Below are positions 62,089 through 64,000 of a DNA stretch of 64,000 nucleotides, in pieces. Position 1 is the stretch's first letter; each line of letters opens with the position of its first letter. Under the pieces are notes generated by a model. It did no database searches, had not been told where the DNA came from, and saw only the letters and a list, made by a program, of their open reading frames with translations. This stretch comes from an uncultured Elusimicrobiales bacterium (GTDB taxonomy: Bacteria; Elusimicrobiota; Elusimicrobia; Elusimicrobiales; Elusimicrobiaceae): the NCBI GenBank assembly GCA_910576915.1, contig CAJTJT010000001.1:148634-212633 (forward strand), read 5' to 3'. Made by a program: the position numbers and the translations under genes.

Positions 62089-63783
62089 ATGACGGTTTCA
62101 ATGCAAGTCAGCAAACGCATTTACGCGGGAAACGGCGTTACGCGCCGGTGGGAGGTGGACTTCCCGCTTGCTTCCCCGCAGGACGTACGGGTGTACGTTA
62201 CTTCTCCCGCGGGTGCAGAAACGGAACTGGCGGAAGATTTTGAACTTAATGCCGCCGGGACGGAGTTGGAATATCCCACGCTTTCCAGCGGCAAACCGCC
62301 GCTGGCGGAAGGATGGAGCTTAACCTTGGAACGCCATACGCCGCTGACGCAGGAAATTGACCTCTTGCGCCAGGGCGAATTGGACGCGGAAGTGCTGGAA
62401 AGCGGTTACGACAAACTGACGCTTATGGTGCAGGAACTGAACGAAAAAGTTTCCCGCAGTATCAAGTATCCCGTTTCCAGCATCGTGGATAATTTGGAAA
62501 CGGACAGTTTTTTACGCAACATTCTGTCTATCAAACAGGATGCGTTAAATGCGTCTTCGGCGGCGGTGTCTTCCGCCCAACAGGCGCAGGCCAGCGCGTC
62601 GAGCGCCCAGCAGACGGCGCAGAGTGCGCTGGCGGCGATTGCTTCTTCCAAAGACTCCGCGCAGAGCGACATCGCGGCCAGCGGGGCGGCGGTGGAAAAC
62701 ACGCTCCAAACATATGTGTCCGCCGCGCAGAACGAAGCCGAAACGGCGCGCTATTATGCGGAGCGGAGCATCGGTAAAACCGTGGGGGAAGTGTATTATT
62801 CCCAAAGCTCCGCGGAAACGGACAACCCCGGCGCGCTGCCTCTTTTTACGGGGGAAACAATCACCTCGGCGGATACGCTGTACCCGGATTTTTACGCGTG
62901 GCTTCAAAATCACTCCGGCCTGACGTGTACCGCCGCCGAGTACGCGGCCGCCCTTAGCATGTATGGCGAATGCCCCAAATATGTGCTGGCGGACGGAAAT
63001 TTACGCTTGCCGCTTTTTAAACACTCTATTAAAGCCGCCAATACGGAAGACGGCATCACGCAGGGCGCGGCGGGCGGTTTTACCGGCGTGCCGGATTATT
63101 CCGCCGGATATACCATCACCAGCGGTACGGCTTTGACGGAGGACGCCCTGGTGACGTGTACCGGCAGCCCCGGCGGATACAGCACAATCAATATAACCGT
63201 GGACGGAAAAGAAGTCTATCGGGGCGGCGTTTCGGAAAATACGGCTCGTCCCCGGGCCGGCAATATTTATGCGGCTAAAGGAAGTGTGATTAGCACTGGC
63301 CAGGGCACTCTGACCGTTTATCCGTTAAAAGCCCGTCAGTCGGGATATGTAACCCTGTACCCGTGGGTATGTGCGTATAACGCGGCGGTTCCGGCCAGTA
63401 CGGCCCAGGCAGCCCAGTTTCAGGCAGCATTATCGGGCAAGGTGGATGTACCGTCCGGCAAGACGCAGGCCGATGTCGATTTTGTAGTGGAAAGCTATTC
63501 CGACGCTTCTGGTAACTGGTACCGCCAATACAAAAGCGGCTGGGTTGCTCAGGGGGGTATTAAAACGAATTCGGCTGATAGTGATGTGATTACTTTTCTG
63601 AAACCTTACGCTGATACTAATTATAAGTTTTGGTCGTCTTGTAAGGTATCTAGCAGTGATAATCAGCCAAGGACATTTGCAGAAATTCTTGGAACAAGAA
63701 CCCCAACCGGCATAACTATAAAATCGCTGCCTTATTTAGCGGAAACCAAAGGCGATTGGTTTGCAATAGGACAAGGAGAATAA
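62089..63783 (+). CDS. Tail fiber protein
   Basis: N-terminal adaptor-like region, a central A/S/Q-rich coiled segment (SAAVSSAQQAQASASSAQQTAQSALAAIASS), and a C-terminal ...WYRQYKSGWVAQGG...VITF..PY... domain common in fiber tips. Confidence 0.7.
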   Translation: MTVSMQVSKRIYAGNGVTRRWEVDFPLASPQDVRVYVTSPAGAETELAEDFELNAAGTELEYPTLSSGKPPLAEGWSLTLERHTPLTQEIDLLRQGELDAEVLESGYDKLTLMVQELNEKVSRSIKYPVSSIVDNLETDSFLRNILSIKQDALNASSAAVSSAQQAQASASSAQQTAQSALAAIASSKDSAQSDIAASGAAVENTLQTYVSAAQNEAETARYYAERSIGKTVGEVYYSQSSAETDNPGALPLFTGETITSADTLYPDFYAWLQNHSGLTCTAAEYAAALSMYGECPKYVLADGNLRLPLFKHSIKAANTEDGITQGAAGGFTGVPDYSAGYTITSGTALTEDALVTCTGSPGGYSTINITVDGKEVYRGGVSENTARPRAGNIYAAKGSVISTGQGTLTVYPLKARQSGYVTLYPWVCAYNAAVPASTAQAAQFQAALSGKVDVPSGKTQADVDFVVESYSDASGNWYRQYKSGWVAQGGIKTNSADSDVITFLKPYADTNYKFWSSCKVSSSDNQPRTFAEILGTRTPTGITIKSLPYLAETKGDWFAIGQGE

Positions 63784-63786
63784 CAT

Positions 63787-64000
63787 ATGTTTGAAATCGG
63801 ACAAACAATAACAAAAGCAACTTACACGGCGGCCGCGGTGTGGTGCAACCAACACGGCGCGCATATTGAAAAACAAAACGGGACGTATATCATCGTGGGG
63901 AACGCGCCCGTGCCGGAAGCGACGGACGAAGAAAAAGTGGCCGCGCTGGAAAACGCCTACGGGCTTCCGCGTGCCGTGCGTACGGGACTAATTGCATTGC
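63787..64000 (+). CDS. Hypothetical phage protein, 3'-truncated by the window end
   Basis: AAGGAG RBS. The frame MFEIGQTITKATYTAAAVWCNQHGAHIEKQNGTYIIVG... stays open to the end of the window. Confidence 0.5.
   Translation, partial: MFEIGQTITKATYTAAAVWCNQHGAHIEKQNGTYIIVGNAPVPEATDEEKVAALENAYGLPRAVRTGLIAL

Larger units (their letters stand above)
46598..64000 (+). mobile_element. Podovirus-like prophage structural region (incomplete in the window; the left edge may extend to ~43.2-43.7 kb)
   Basis: Colinear order terS, terL, portal, scaffold, major capsid, gp11-like, gp12-like, internal proteins, tail fiber. A CI-like repressor lies upstream. No integrase, lysis or replication genes were seen. 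Confidence 0.75.

Noticed and set aside
62089-64000. Diversity-generating retroelement targeting the tail fiber (suggested by the BPP-1-like head genes)
   Set aside because: There is no reverse transcriptase and no second (template) copy of the fiber 3' end within the window. The fiber C-terminus looks like a common fiber-tip domain rather than a C-type-lectin VR. Sequence beyond 64 kb cannot be excluded.

Overview
This is a 64-kb bacterial chromosomal window, moderately GC-rich, with about 65 credible CDS and one tRNA. All calls come from reading the supplied ORF translations and the DNA by eye; no database search, HMM or folding program was run. The many GFTLIELLVV-type pilin-like genes and the GTCAT...ATGAC palindromic intergenic elements are reminiscent of Elusimicrobia-like gut anaerobes, but that is a low-confidence guess.

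Left ~43 kb: housekeeping and accessory genes. These include a Vat-type acetyltransferase, ogt-alkA-lexA, a Leloir gal operon plus cdd, a PLD lipoprotein, rimO, trkH, an ECF sigma operon, two OsmC genes, cbpA, tRNA-Asn, SPFH/NfeD, uvrA, dksA and an msbA-like ABC exporter. Interspersed among them are four pilin-like genes, two Cys-rich secreted proteins and two RDD-pilin fusion genes.

Right ~20 kb (from about 43.6-46.6 kb to the window end): a podovirus-like prophage structural module. Its order is terS, terL, portal, scaffold, capsid, gp11/gp12-like, internal proteins, tail fiber. It is interrupted by non-phage cargo and by host-type repeats. No integrase, replication or lysis module is visible.

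Most notable observations:
1. Six near-identical promoters have a -35/-10 spacer made of an 11-14 nt poly-T tract. They precede all four pilin-like genes and both Cys-rich secreted genes, which makes them a candidate phase-variable surface regulon.
2. A 1-kb non-coding insert sits in the phage structural operon. One half is G-run-rich; the other half is about 8% GC.
3. An unassigned non-coding transcription unit of about 400 nt lies beside the phage repressor, bounded by its own promoter and terminator.
4. Twin consensus late promoters are present. One is followed at once by a terminator hairpin. The other would be transcribed antisense through a small membrane-protein gene.
5. Modular palindromic repeat islands are dispersed through the window, including a perfect 38-bp inverted pair 20 kb apart, one copy of which lies inside the prophage.
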